The notes beneath the pieces were generated by a model. That model worked only from the letters and a program-made list of their open reading frames with translations. It made no database searches and was not told the origin of the DNA. A stretch of DNA of 64,000 nucleotides from contig QZKH01000006.1 in assembly GCA_003598025.1 (NCBI GenBank), forward strand, positions 108,035-172,034. The letters run 5' to 3'. A program made the position numbers and the translations under genes. Positions 20,407 to 29,772 of the stretch are shown here, piece after piece (the stretch's first letter is position 1; every line of letters starts with the position of its first letter). The DNA comes from Candidatus Omnitrophota bacterium. GTDB taxonomy: Bacteria > Omnitrophota > Gorgyraeia > Gygaellales > Profunditerraquicolaceae.

Positions 20407-21120
20407 ATGGAAGAGATTAAACAACCTTGGCTTAGAGGGATAATCGATACCTTAACCGCGGCTAATCTAATAAAGCATTCTAAGATTGAGCATAGAAATA
20501 GATTAGTTGTGATCTTATTAGATAGTGCACTCGAAATTGCTTTTAGAAGTTTTCTTAAAAGAATCAAGAGAATACAATTATCGGAAGCTCACAAACACAG
20601 AGAAAATTTAGTAAAAGCAGTACAAAATAATATTTCTTTTGATGCTGAAGTTTGGGATTCGATAAACTACTATTACGAAGATATTAGGTGTGATTTTTAT
20701 CATACCTCATCAGATAAAACCTTAACAGATAAATCATTAGAGACTTATATTGAACTAGTGGAATTTGTTATAAACAGTTTGCTTAATATTAAATGCAGGG
20801 ATTTTATTCTTAAGCCAAGTGAGGTAATGACAACAGAGGGTGCAAGCAAAGATCAAGAAAAGCCCATCTATTTCGGAGATCTCAAGTCAGATTTGGAAGT
20901 ATTTTTAGTTGGAGTCGATAAATATAATCCTTCTAGCTTAACTGAGTTACTGGAACATTTAAAAAAAGAGGGAGTCAGAAAGAAATTTACTTATAAACAA
21001 TTTAATAATTGCGTAGGAGCAAATTATCGCCATCTATTTTATTATGATAAATCTACTAAAAGATGGAATCTATCAAGTGAAGGATTAAGAAAGTTACGTA
21101 GTCTAAAAGAACAAACTTAA
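20407..21120 (+). CDS. hypothetical protein (237 aa), possible C-terminal winged-helix
   Basis: No recognisable catalytic motif. RIQLSEAH is a possible Rx6H. AT-rich codon usage distinct from neighbouring genes. Confidence 0.5.
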   Translation: MEEIKQPWLRGIIDTLTAANLIKHSKIEHRNRLVVILLDSALEIAFRSFLKRIKRIQLSEAHKHRENLVKAVQNNISFDAEVWDSINYYYEDIRCDFYHTSSDKTLTDKSLETYIELVEFVINSLLNIKCRDFILKPSEVMTTEGASKDQEKPIYFGDLKSDLEVFLVGVDKYNPSSLTELLEHLKKEGVRKKFTYKQFNNCVGANYRHLFYYDKSTKRWNLSSEGLRKLRSLKEQT

Positions 21121-21132
21121 AGGAGGAGAAAA

Positions 21133-21747
21133 ATGACTGATCAACGTAAGGCTTTAAAAGGGAAATTAGAAATACTTATTGGAAATGCTATAAAGTTAAT
21201 AATTGATTTTGATGATGAAAAAGAAGTTATAAGCGCTTTATCCTCCATTGAAAAAATTAAAGAAAGCCTTGTAAAGTATGATAAAGTTTTTAGTACAGGG
21301 GTTCCTACAAAAACTATTCCGATTCAACAGGGGAAGGATAGATTATCAGAAGTGGAAGATGAATATGGGAAGATAGCAAATATGCTAGACGATGTGAATG
21401 TCGAGAACTTACGGCAATCTAAAATATTCAGTATTAAAGAAGATGCGGTGCAGTTATTAAAACCAAATCAATTTAAGACGGCTACAGAAGCTTTATGTGT
21501 TTTGATTTTTATTTTAGAATCTGGTTTAGGTAAAAGAGACATTCCTTATGAAGCATTTAGAAACATTTTCGAGTCACAAAATATAAAGAGTGGTAGTCCA
21601 CTCGTTATGCTGATGAATAATTTAAAAAATGCCAAATATATTGATAGCAAGAAATATGATGCAAAAACAATTTCTTTAACTCCTAAAGGTCAAGAAAATG
21701 CAATAGGAGTTTTGAATAAGCTAGTAACAACTACTGCCAAACAATAG
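21133..21747 (+). CDS. hypothetical protein (204 aa)
   Basis: aggagg RBS. No recognisable domain. Tightly spaced with the flanking genes (operon). Confidence 0.5.
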   Translation: MTDQRKALKGKLEILIGNAIKLIIDFDDEKEVISALSSIEKIKESLVKYDKVFSTGVPTKTIPIQQGKDRLSEVEDEYGKIANMLDDVNVENLRQSKIFSIKEDAVQLLKPNQFKTATEALCVLIFILESGLGKRDIPYEAFRNIFESQNIKSGSPLVMLMNNLKNAKYIDSKKYDAKTISLTPKGQENAIGVLNKLVTTTAKQ

Positions 21748-21758
21748 CAAAGGATAGC

Positions 21759-22277
21759 ATGGGAATAACTAATTGGTTAATGGTAATACTAACTTTAGCC
21801 TATGTCATAACAACTATTTGTATTTTGGTCAATTCGACTAGACAATTTAAAGAAAATCTTAGACCAAGAGTATATGTTGATTTCAGATTTGAAGGGCATG
21901 AAATGTATGTTGTGATTAAAAACTTTGGTGATAAAGCGGCCTATAATATAATTATAAAATTTACTCCAGATATTGAATATCAAATGGGGGGAAAGAGGAT
22001 GCTTAATGATCAGCCTTTTATTAAAAACCTACCATTTCTTAGCCCTCAAAACGAATTAGATAGTATAATGGGATTGAGCTCTGAGGTATTACCACTGCAA
22101 AATTCCAAAGAGGTTAGAGCTACCATTAATTATAAAGATGAAAAGGATAACAAATATAATGAAAATTATTTTTTCTCGTGGGAGGCATATAGTAGAAGAA
22201 ATTTTGTTTCAAAAAGAGGGCTACATGAAATAGCTACTGTCCTTGAAGAAATTAAAAGCTCTCTAAAAAGAACTTAA
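21759..22277 (+). CDS. hypothetical membrane-anchored protein (172 aa)
   Basis: N-terminal TM helix WLMVILTLAYVITTICILV followed by a beta-rich domain. Confidence 0.5.
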   Translation: MGITNWLMVILTLAYVITTICILVNSTRQFKENLRPRVYVDFRFEGHEMYVVIKNFGDKAAYNIIIKFTPDIEYQMGGKRMLNDQPFIKNLPFLSPQNELDSIMGLSSEVLPLQNSKEVRATINYKDEKDNKYNENYFFSWEAYSRRNFVSKRGLHEIATVLEEIKSSLKRT

Positions 22278-22288
22278 AATAAGTTTAA

Positions 22289-22429
22289 TTAAAAGTTCAG
22301 TAACTCGGCAGGTTTTACTTTCAGCGCTCTGGCAAGTCTGTCAATCGTATCAATCTTTAAAGCAGGCGGGTTCTTTCCTTCAATTCTCTGTATATACTTA
22401 TAATCAATATCCGCTACCTCAGAAAGCAT
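22289..22429 (-). pseudogene. truncated XRE-family HTH gene fragment
   Basis: The minus-strand translation MLSEVADIDYKYIQRIEGKNPPALKIDTIDRLARALKVKPAELLNF is only the C-terminal half of an HTH_3 domain. An in-frame stop lies immediately upstream. Confidence 0.45.
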
Positions 22430-22608
22430 CTCTTGAGTGATTTAGGGATAACTCAATACGCTTAGCGCTATACGCTTGTGTCTTTGTGTCGTGTGTCCTT
22501 GTGACTTACCTTATCATATCCATGAACTATGATCTATGAACCATGAACCAATAGTGTTGACTATTTTCCCCATTTAAGCTAAAATACTACCCTATTCCGC
22601 TAAATTTC

Positions 22609-22625
22609 GGGCCATTAGCTCACCC
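22609..22625 (+). repeat. 5' fragment copy of tRNA-Lys (gggccattagctca)
   Basis: 14/14-nt identity to the first bases of the downstream tRNA-Lys. Confidence 0.5.
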
Positions 22626-22688
22626 ATTCGACTCGGCCGTTCTAAACGGCCTCGCTCAGGGTTAGTAAAAGGTCATTGATAAAAGATT

Positions 22689-22764
22689 TGGGCCATTAGC
22701 TCAGCTGGTAGAGCAGGACACTCTTAATGTCAAGGTCGGAGGTTCGATCCCTCCATGGCTCACC
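22689..22764 (+). tRNA. tRNA-Lys(CUU), CCA encoded
   Basis: Acceptor GGGCCAT/ATGGCTC, D-arm GCTC/GAGC, anticodon loop CTCTTAA, T-loop TTCGATC, terminal CCA. Confidence 0.85.
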
Positions 22765-22910
22765 ATATCTTTGGTCGAACCTCCGGGGGTGTGGGGGGAA
22801 CGCCCCCACGTTTGGGGGAGAACAGCGATTCAATTTAAACAATCCAGGTTTAAGCGTTAGGAGGGGGCTTGCCACCTCCTAAGGAGCCATGATTTTAAGA
22901 TGATGGCGAC

Positions 22911-22932
22911 GGTTCGATCCCTCCATGGCTCA
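22911..22932 (+). repeat. direct repeat of tRNA-Lys 3' end (att-like scar)
   Basis: ggttcgatccctccatggctca is identical to the tRNA 3' 22 nt, 146 bp downstream of the intact gene. Confidence 0.6.
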
Positions 22933-23033
22933 AAATTATCTTTCTCTTGCAGTAAGAGGCTAATTAATCAAATCCTTCATTGAAAACCCTTTCCAATCTT
23001 ACTTAAAAAGAGCTTGACTTAACAACTATTTAG

Positions 23034-23441
23034 TTGTACACTTTATTTGTCCAAAAGGGAGAGATAGTTTTGACAAATTTTGAATGTTTGTATTATAAGA
23101 CTATAAATGGACGTATTCCAGTTATGGATTTTATCGATCATCTAAGTTTTAAAACTCAGAGAAAATTTTATGTAAAGATAGACCTGCTTGAGGAATACGG
23201 CCCTAGGCTTCCTGAGCCACATGCGAAAAAAATTGAACAAGATTTATACGAACTAAGATTTGAAGCTGATGATGGGGCTTTTAGAATTATTTACTTTTTT
23301 TATATAGGGAAAAAAATAATATTGTTGAATGGTTTTAAAAAGAAAACGAGAAAAATCCCAAGGAGAGAAGTTGAGTTAGCTAAAAATAGAATGGTAGACT
23401 ATTTAAATACTTTAGATTCCTGCGTAATAAAAGAAAAATAA
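23034..23441 (+). CDS. HigB / Gp49-like RelE-ParE superfamily toxin
   Basis: LYELRFEADDGAFRIIYFFYIGKKIILLNGFKKKT matches the DUF891/Gp49 toxin signature. Confidence 0.65.
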   Translation: MYTLFVQKGEIVLTNFECLYYKTINGRIPVMDFIDHLSFKTQRKFYVKIDLLEEYGPRLPEPHAKKIEQDLYELRFEADDGAFRIIYFFYIGKKIILLNGFKKKTRKIPRREVELAKNRMVDYLNTLDSCVIKEK

Positions 23442-23478
23442 TAATGTTATAACATTAAGCTAGGAAGAGAGGATACTG

Positions 23479-23811
23479 ATGATACGAAAACTTAAAAGTG
23501 TTAGAGAACACCTAGATGAAAAATTAAAAGATCCATATTTTAGAGAACTTTATGAACTTGAGCAAGAAAGAATGAAGATATCAAGGTTATTTATTGACTA
23601 TCGTGCGAAGAATAATTTAACCCAGGAAGAATTAGCTTCTAAATTGGGTATCAGCCAGCAGTATATTTCTAAGCTCGAAGAGGGAATTTTTAGTAATATT
23701 CGAGATGTCGCCAAGATTTTGCTTGCTATCGGTTATAAGATCGAATTTAAAATAATAAATATTCCTAGCAAGATTAGTAAGATTATAAGAAACAAACTAC
23801 AGGTAGCTTAA
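23479..23811 (+). CDS. HigA-like XRE HTH antitoxin
   Basis: NLTQEELASKLGISQQYISKLEEG HTH. Directly downstream of the toxin (toxin-first HigBA order). Confidence 0.65.
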   Translation: MIRKLKSVREHLDEKLKDPYFRELYELEQERMKISRLFIDYRAKNNLTQEELASKLGISQQYISKLEEGIFSNIRDVAKILLAIGYKIEFKIINIPSKISKIIRNKLQVA

Positions 23812-23993
23812 TCATTTTATTAAATTTTTCCTATTAAAATTAGATAAAACAAAATTCTCTATCGTCTGCATTAAATATAGTCAAAAGAAGAATTATTCTA
23901 TTATTTTCTCTAGCTTCCTTAACCAATATCCATTGACTATTTGTTCCAACTCTCCCATTTACACCTCAATCTCCTGATGTTATAATTTCACCG

Positions 23994-24413
23994 ATGGATA
24001 AGGATAATTTCGAAATATTAGAGCATACTGCAGATATCAGAGTAAGGGTTAAGGGAGAAGACCTTAAGGAGCTTTTTTCTAATTCGGCGCATGCCATGTT
24101 TTCTATTGTTGCTGCCAGGATTGGAAATGACTCTGTTCCTGAGGAATTCTTAATTGAGCTTGATGGCAATAATTATGAGGAGCTGCTTATAAATTGGTTG
24201 AATGAATTATTGTCTCTTTCTGCCGTAAAAGAGAAGATTTTCCAGGATTTTAGCTTTAGCCTTTTAGATGGACAACACCTAAAGGCAAAAGCATCCGGGT
24301 TTGATAATACGGACTATGAAATAAAAACCGAGATTAAAGCCGCAACTTACCACCAGCTTAAGATAGAGAGAAAGGCAGAATTTTGGCAGGCGGAGGTTAT
24401 ATTTGATACCTGA
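23994..24413 (+). CDS. archease
   Basis: MDKDNFEILEHTADIRVRV is the archease N-terminus. Overlaps the rtcB start. Confidence 0.8.
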   Translation: MDKDNFEILEHTADIRVRVKGEDLKELFSNSAHAMFSIVAARIGNDSVPEEFLIELDGNNYEELLINWLNELLSLSAVKEKIFQDFSFSLLDGQHLKAKASGFDNTDYEIKTEIKAATYHQLKIERKAEFWQAEVIFDT

Positions 24414-25857
24414 AATAGGCCTAGAGAAGATTGATGATTATCGTTGGAGGATCCCCAAGAGTTATAAGCCCGGGATGCGTGTCCCGGGGATAATTTATGC
24501 AGACGAGAGGCTGTTAAAGGATATCTACAAAGATAAAGCCCTTGAGCAGGTGGCTAATGTGGCTTTTCTTCCCGGGATAGTTAACGCGTCCATGGCAATG
24601 CCGGATATTCATTGGGGATACGGCTTTCCCATAGGCGGAGTTGCAGCTACTGATATTGAAGATGGCGGGGTCGTTTCTCCTGGCGGGGTAGGTTTTGATA
24701 TAAATTGCGGAGTGCGTTTAATGCGCACTAATCTTGAATTTGATGAGATAAAACCTAAATTAAAAGACCTGGTTTATGCTTTATTCTCTAATGTGCCGTC
24801 TGGCGTGGGCTCAAAAGGAGAAATACGGGTAAGCGCAAAAGAGGAAAAAGAAATATTGCTAAAGGGTTCTAAATGGGCAGTGCAGAACGGCTATGGCGTC
24901 GAAGAAGATTTAAAATTCACCGAAGAAAATGGCGCTATACATGGAGCAGACCCTGCCTGCGTTTCTGATAGGGCTTATGACCGGGGGAAGGCTCAATCAG
25001 GGACATTGGGTTCGGGGAATCACTTCCTGGAAGTGCAGGTTATAGACCAGCTTTATGACCGGGATATTTGCGATGCCTTTGGATTTGATCTAGGCCAAGT
25101 CACTGTGATGATACACTCAGGTTCCCGGGGATTCGGTTATCAGATATGCGAAGATTATTCAAAGAATATGATTCATTGCCTGCAAAAGTACAATTTAAAT
25201 GTTCCGGACCGCCAGCTTGCGTGCGCTCCGGTGAATTCTCCTGAAGGTAAAGCTTACCTTGGGGCAATGAGGTGTGCGGCAAATTACGCCTGGGCAAACA
25301 GGCAATGCCTTATGCATCTGAGCCGCCTTACATTTGAGAAAGTGTTAAATAAATCCTGGCAGAAGATGGGGATGTCTTTAGTCTATGATGTCGCGCATAA
25401 TATCGCAAAAATTGAGAGTTATGATGTTGGCGGTAAAAGCAAGAAGTTATGCGTCCATAGAAAAGGTGCAACCCGGGCATTCGGGCCAGGACACCCGGCA
25501 TTACCGGATGAATACAAGAAAATAGGGCAGCCTGTAATTATTCCGGGGGATATGGGCAGAAATTCTTACTTACTTATTGGCACACAACAGGCTATGGATG
25601 AGACATTTGGTTCAACCTGCCATGGCGCAGGCCGCCTTAAATCAAGGACTGCAGCTACCAAAAGCATTAATGCAGAACAATTATTGAAAGATTTGGAATC
25701 AAAAGGTATAATAGTGAAAGCCTCAGGGAGGGGCACAATCGTTGAAGAGGCGCCGGAGGCTTATAAGGATGTAAATGAAGTGGTTGATGTGGTACATAAC
25801 GCAGGAATTTCTAAACGCGTCTGCAGAATGCGACCATTAGGTGTAATAAAGGGATGA
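24403..25857 (+). CDS. rtcB: RNA-splicing ligase RtcB
   Basis: GGVGFDINCGVRL and SGSRGFGYQ are RtcB motifs. Confidence 0.9.
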   Translation: MIPEIGLEKIDDYRWRIPKSYKPGMRVPGIIYADERLLKDIYKDKALEQVANVAFLPGIVNASMAMPDIHWGYGFPIGGVAATDIEDGGVVSPGGVGFDINCGVRLMRTNLEFDEIKPKLKDLVYALFSNVPSGVGSKGEIRVSAKEEKEILLKGSKWAVQNGYGVEEDLKFTEENGAIHGADPACVSDRAYDRGKAQSGTLGSGNHFLEVQVIDQLYDRDICDAFGFDLGQVTVMIHSGSRGFGYQICEDYSKNMIHCLQKYNLNVPDRQLACAPVNSPEGKAYLGAMRCAANYAWANRQCLMHLSRLTFEKVLNKSWQKMGMSLVYDVAHNIAKIESYDVGGKSKKLCVHRKGATRAFGPGHPALPDEYKKIGQPVIIPGDMGRNSYLLIGTQQAMDETFGSTCHGAGRLKSRTAATKSINAEQLLKDLESKGIIVKASGRGTIVEEAPEAYKDVNEVVDVVHNAGISKRVCRMRPLGVIKG

Positions 25858-25965
25858 TTGCGGAAGTCCCGAGCGGAGCGTAGGGGCGACCGCTAGGAGT
25901 AATAAAAGGTTAAGGGAGTCCCGTGCGAAGCTTAGGGGCGACCATTAGGTGTAATAAAGGGTTAA
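25830..25965 (+). repeat. three tandem copies of gcgacc(a/g)(t/c)tagg(t/a)gtaataaa(a)gg (~52-56 bp unit)
   Basis: Copies at 25830-25853 (rtcB 3' end), 25886-25910 and 25938-25963, ending 3 nt before the serS ATG. Confidence 0.5.
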
Positions 25966-25966
25966 T

Positions 25967-27235
25967 ATGCTAGATATCAAATTCATTCGTGAAAACCAGG
26001 AATTAATAAAGAAGTCGCTAAAAGACCGCAATCTTAAAATCGACTTAGATAAATTATTGTCGGTTGATGAATCGCGGCGGCGAGCCCTTTCCGAGGTTGA
26101 AGAACTAAGAGCCAGGAAGAATAAGGCTAATGATGAGATCACCGCCTTGTTAAAAGCGAAAAAAGACGCTAAGCCGGCAATAGCTTCAATGAAGAAAGTT
26201 GCAGACAAAATTGACAGCCTTGAATCCGGCTTAAGAGAATCTCAGGCAGAGTTAGATAAGCTGGTGCTTACTATACCGAATATCCCGCATGATTCTATTC
26301 CCAGAGGGGATGCCTCTAACAATAAGGTCGTACGTACCTGGGGAGATAAGCCGCCGGTAGATTTTAAGCCGCTTACACATATAGAGCTGAGTTCAAAATT
26401 CGATATTATTGATTTTCCCAGAGCCACAAAGATCACCGGTTCAAATTTTATACTTTATAAAGGCTTAGGTGCCCGCCTTGAAAGGGCATTGATAAACTTT
26501 ATGCTCGATTTGCACACAAAAAAACACGGATATACCGAAATATTCCCGCCATTTTTGGTTAACCGCGCATCGATGACCGGTACGGGGCAACTGCCCAAGC
26601 TGGAAGAAGATATGTATAAACTCAAGGACGATGATTTGTTTTTAATCCCGACGGCTGAAGTCCCTGTTACTAATATCTTCAGGGATGAAATATTGGACGA
26701 AAAAGCCCTGCCTATTTATTATACTGCTTATACTGCGTGTTTTAGAAGAGAAGCCGGTTCATACGGTAAGGATACAAAGGGGCTTATGCGTGTACATCAA
26801 TTTGATAAAGTTGAGATGGTTAAATTTGTCAAGCCTGAAAGTTCATATGACGAGCTTGAGAAGCTTCTAAAGGATGCGGAAGAAGTCTTGCAGGCTTTAG
26901 GCTTGCCTTACAGAGTAGTGGTGCTTTCAACACAAGATCTAAGTTTTGCTGCAAGCAAGTGTTATGATATTGAGGCTTATGCCTGCGGGATAGATAAGTG
27001 GCTTGAAGTATCAAGCTGTTCTAACTTTGAGAGTTTTCAGGCAAGAAGGGCAAATATAAAATACAGAAGAGAAGATACCAAAAAAGTCGATTACGTACAT
27101 ACGCTTAACGGTTCCGGTATTGCGCTTGCCCGGACCGTGGTGGCGATATTAGAAAACTACCAGCAGAAGGACGGCTCGATTCTCATACCTGAAGTACTGA
27201 GGCCGTATATGGATGGCAAAGAAAGAATTTTCTAA
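25967..27235 (+). CDS. serS: seryl-tRNA synthetase
   Basis: N-terminal coiled coil plus class II motifs ([15 protein letters not shown]). Confidence 0.9.
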   Translation: MLDIKFIRENQELIKKSLKDRNLKIDLDKLLSVDESRRRALSEVEELRARKNKANDEITALLKAKKDAKPAIASMKKVADKIDSLESGLRESQAELDKLVLTIPNIPHDSIPRGDASNNKVVRTWGDKPPVDFKPLTHIELSSKFDIIDFPRATKITGSNFILYKGLGARLERALINFMLDLHTKKHGYTEIFPPFLVNRASMTGTGQLPKLEEDMYKLKDDDLFLIPTAEVPVTNIFRDEILDEKALPIYYTAYTACFRREAGSYGKDTKGLMRVHQFDKVEMVKFVKPESSYDELEKLLKDAEEVLQALGLPYRVVVLSTQDLSFAASKCYDIEAYACGIDKWLEVSSCSNFESFQARRANIKYRREDTKKVDYVHTLNGSGIALARTVVAILENYQQKDGSILIPEVLRPYMDGKERIF

Positions 27236-27917
27236 AGAGAATCTCGATATTAAGAAAGAAGGAAAGAGGGGCTTTGAGGCTTCAGAAAAGAACGCTTATA
27301 AAGTTACCGGGCTCTCCAGCAAAGCATTCAGCGTAATAAAGTTTATCTTCGGATTATGCCTTCTCCCGTTTGTTTACGGAGTTACCGTGTCTTTCCTGGG
27401 TGAATTTTCCGTAATCGATATCTCTGCGCAGAACCATTTCTGGTACGGACTCATAAGTTTATTGATAGTTTATCTATTTATCTGGGAACCGGCTATAGTT
27501 TACGCAAGCGGACATAAGCTGCTGGAGATAATGTTTAGTTTTATAAGGCCCTTGGTCAGGGTAGCTCCGTATCTCATCCCTGTTTACAGCTTGGTTATAT
27601 TTTTGTGTTATTTGGCCGTCTCTTTAATTTTTAGGCATACAGTATTAATAAATTATTTCATGTTCCTTTTTGGGTTAAGTATAGGGTTGCATCTTATATT
27701 CGGGGCAAAATCTCTCCGTACCAAAAAAGAAGATCTGCTCAAATCAAATTATATATTTGGGTTTTCTTTTGTATATATTACGAATATTATTTTAGTGGCG
27801 TTCTGCTTGAATATAATTTTTGACAGGTTCTCATTTGTTAATTTCTGCAATAATGCTTTCCAGTCCGGAGGAGAATTTTTTTACGGCATTTTTAGGCAAT
27901 TATTCTTAGCTAATTAG
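27213..27917 (+). CDS. hypothetical polytopic membrane protein
   Basis: 5-6 hydrophobic helices. Overlaps the serS 3' end. Confidence 0.5.
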   Translation: MAKKEFSKENLDIKKEGKRGFEASEKNAYKVTGLSSKAFSVIKFIFGLCLLPFVYGVTVSFLGEFSVIDISAQNHFWYGLISLLIVYLFIWEPAIVYASGHKLLEIMFSFIRPLVRVAPYLIPVYSLVIFLCYLAVSLIFRHTVLINYFMFLFGLSIGLHLIFGAKSLRTKKEDLLKSNYIFGFSFVYITNIILVAFCLNIIFDRFSFVNFCNNAFQSGGEFFYGIFRQLFLAN

Positions 27918-27927
27918 ATAAGAACCT

Positions 27928-28015
27928 GGAGAGGTGGCTGAGTGGTTGAAAGCGGCAGTCTTGAAAACTGTTTAGGGAGTCTCTCCCTACGTGAGTTCGA
28001 ATCTCACCCTCTCCG
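27928..28015 (+). tRNA. tRNA-Ser(UGA)
   Basis: Class II tRNA with a long variable arm, anticodon loop CTTGAAA, acceptor GGAGAGG/CCTCTCC. Confidence 0.8.
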
Positions 28016-28098
28016 TTCTTCTTCGCTCAGACATTTTCATGTTTAAGCTACTAAGCAACGAAGTGGGCGAACACAAATAACTTCCCGATAAAAAATCA

Positions 28099-28881
28099 AT
28101 GAATTACCTTAAGATAGCAATAAGCGCAGCTGTGAGGGCAGGATATGTCCATCGAAAATATTTTGAAAAGAATATCAGGATAAGGAATAAAAGCACATCC
28201 TTTGACCTTGTAACGGTTGCTGATGTAGAGGCAGAACGCGAGGCAGTTTCTTTTATAAGAAAAAATTTCCCTTCTCACAACATACTTGCCGAGGAAAAGA
28301 AGTATAATAAAACTCTTTCAGAATATACCTGGGTAATAGACCCTCTTGACGGCACTAATAATTTTGCGTGCACAATGCCCATCTTCTGTTCTTCGGTAGC
28401 CCTAAGATTAAAAGACGAGATTATTGTGGGTGCGGTTTATGATGTAAGCAGGAACGAGCTTTTTTATGCGCAAAAAGGCAAAGGGGCATTTTTAAACGGC
28501 AAGCGTATATCGGTAAATAACGCAAAGCGGCTTGGGCAGGCATTATTGATTACCGGTTTTTATTACAGCCGGGGCAGGGAGATGACCGATACCCTTAAAG
28601 CTATCGAGCTATTTTTTCGTAAGAAGATACTCGGGATAAGAAGGCTGGGTGCTGCGGCATTGGATATGTGCTATGTCGCCTGCGGCAGGGCCTCAGGTTT
28701 CTGGGAATTTGAGCTCAGCCCCTGGGATTATTCGGCTGGAAAACTCATAATAGAAGAAGCAGGCGGTAGAGTTACCGGGAAGTACGGAGAGAATATTCCT
28801 TTAAGCGAAAAGCATTTTATTGTGTCTTCTAACGGCAAGATTCATAAGGATATGTTAAAGGTCATAGGAAAGATAAAATGA
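28099..28881 (+). CDS. inositol monophosphatase family protein (SuhB-like)
   Basis: DPLDGTNNFA and AAALDMCYVACG are IMPase motifs. Confidence 0.8.
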   Translation: MNYLKIAISAAVRAGYVHRKYFEKNIRIRNKSTSFDLVTVADVEAEREAVSFIRKNFPSHNILAEEKKYNKTLSEYTWVIDPLDGTNNFACTMPIFCSSVALRLKDEIIVGAVYDVSRNELFYAQKGKGAFLNGKRISVNNAKRLGQALLITGFYYSRGREMTDTLKAIELFFRKKILGIRRLGAAALDMCYVACGRASGFWEFELSPWDYSAGKLIIEEAGGRVTGKYGENIPLSEKHFIVSSNGKIHKDMLKVIGKIK

Positions 28882-29243
28882 AAGTCGTGTTTGACATCTC
28901 CGGCAAATTGTTTAAGGCTGAGTTTAATGATTCAAAGACGGCAAAGGATATCCTTGATAATCTGCCTGTTGAATCGAGTGTTTTGACGTGGGGAGAGGAA
29001 ATCTATTTTGAAATACCTGTTAAATGTGCTGCAGAAAATGCGACAATGGATGTAGGTTTGGGTACTGTTGCATATTGGCCGCCGGGACAATGTTTGTGTA
29101 TCTTTTTTGGCAGGACCCCTGATAGCAAAGATGATAAGCCTAAGCCCGCTTCGAAAGTAAACATAGTCGGCAACATTGAAGGTGTTTTCTCTGAACTAAA
29201 ATCGATTAAACCCGGGCAGAAGATAATTGTTTCAAAAGCCTGA
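28878..29243 (+). CDS. hypothetical protein (possibly cyclophilin-like fold)
   Basis: Conserved-looking small protein. No motif assignable by eye. Confidence 0.4.
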   Translation: MKVVFDISGKLFKAEFNDSKTAKDILDNLPVESSVLTWGEEIYFEIPVKCAAENATMDVGLGTVAYWPPGQCLCIFFGRTPDSKDDKPKPASKVNIVGNIEGVFSELKSIKPGQKIIVSKA

Positions 29244-29255
29244 TGAACTTTAAAT

Positions 29256-29654
29256 ATGAGCCCCATTGACAGCAAAAAATTGGCAGTCATCCATATCGTT
29301 AAGAAAGAGATAGGCTTAAGCGATGAGGAGTACAGGGAAATTTTAGAAGGCGTAGCAGGTGTAACCAGCGCTAAAGACCTTGATGAGGCTGCTTTTAGGA
29401 GATTGATGAATTATTTTGTCCGTAGCCGGCATTATCAAGTCAATAAATTTGGGCTTACCGTAAAACAGAAGTTATACATAGAGCATCTTGCTTATGAACA
29501 GTTGGGGTGGAGTAAACAGCATTTAATTAACTTCATGCAGAAGTATTACCACAAGTCAAATCTTAACTTTCTTCCCAAAAAAGAGGCCAATCATCTTATT
29601 TATTCCCTGAAAGCGATTATTGAACATGAAAATAAGGGCTTATCCTACAGCTAA
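29256..29654 (+). CDS. phage Mu GemA/gp16-like protein (DUF1018)
   Basis: KLAVIHIVKKEIGLSDEEYREILEGVAGVTSAKDLDEAAFRRLMNYF resembles the GemA family N-terminus. Confidence 0.5.
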   Translation: MSPIDSKKLAVIHIVKKEIGLSDEEYREILEGVAGVTSAKDLDEAAFRRLMNYFVRSRHYQVNKFGLTVKQKLYIEHLAYEQLGWSKQHLINFMQKYYHKSNLNFLPKKEANHLIYSLKAIIEHENKGLSYS

Positions 29655-29772
29655 AACGAGACCTGTCCCCAAACGGGGGCACTTCTCTGTGGGGCAGGAG
29701 AAACGGTCCTGGCTTTCTTTTGTTAATTTTTTGGGAAAACTATGATAAAATTATAATAAATAAGGAGGGAGT

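Larger units (their letters stand above)
18588..22932. mobile_element. degenerate tRNA-associated accessory island (no integrase present)
   Basis: Begins right after tRNA-Arg. Mosaic base composition by eye (GC-richer 18.6-19.3 kb, AT-richer 19.5-22.3 kb). Contains an XRE/ImmA pair, orphan genes and a truncated XRE gene. Ends at tRNA-Lys with a 22-nt direct repeat of its 3' end. Confidence 0.4.

Noticed and set aside
18588-22932. Intact prophage or ICE
   Set aside because: No integrase, recombinase, relaxase or structural genes. The region is a degenerate remnant, so it is reported as an accessory island rather than an active mobile element.
25858-25965. CRISPR array
   Set aside because: Only two full tandem units, spacers not distinct, repeats not palindromic-CRISPR-like, no cas genes anywhere in the window. 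The 33180-33316 repeats likewise have only two copies.
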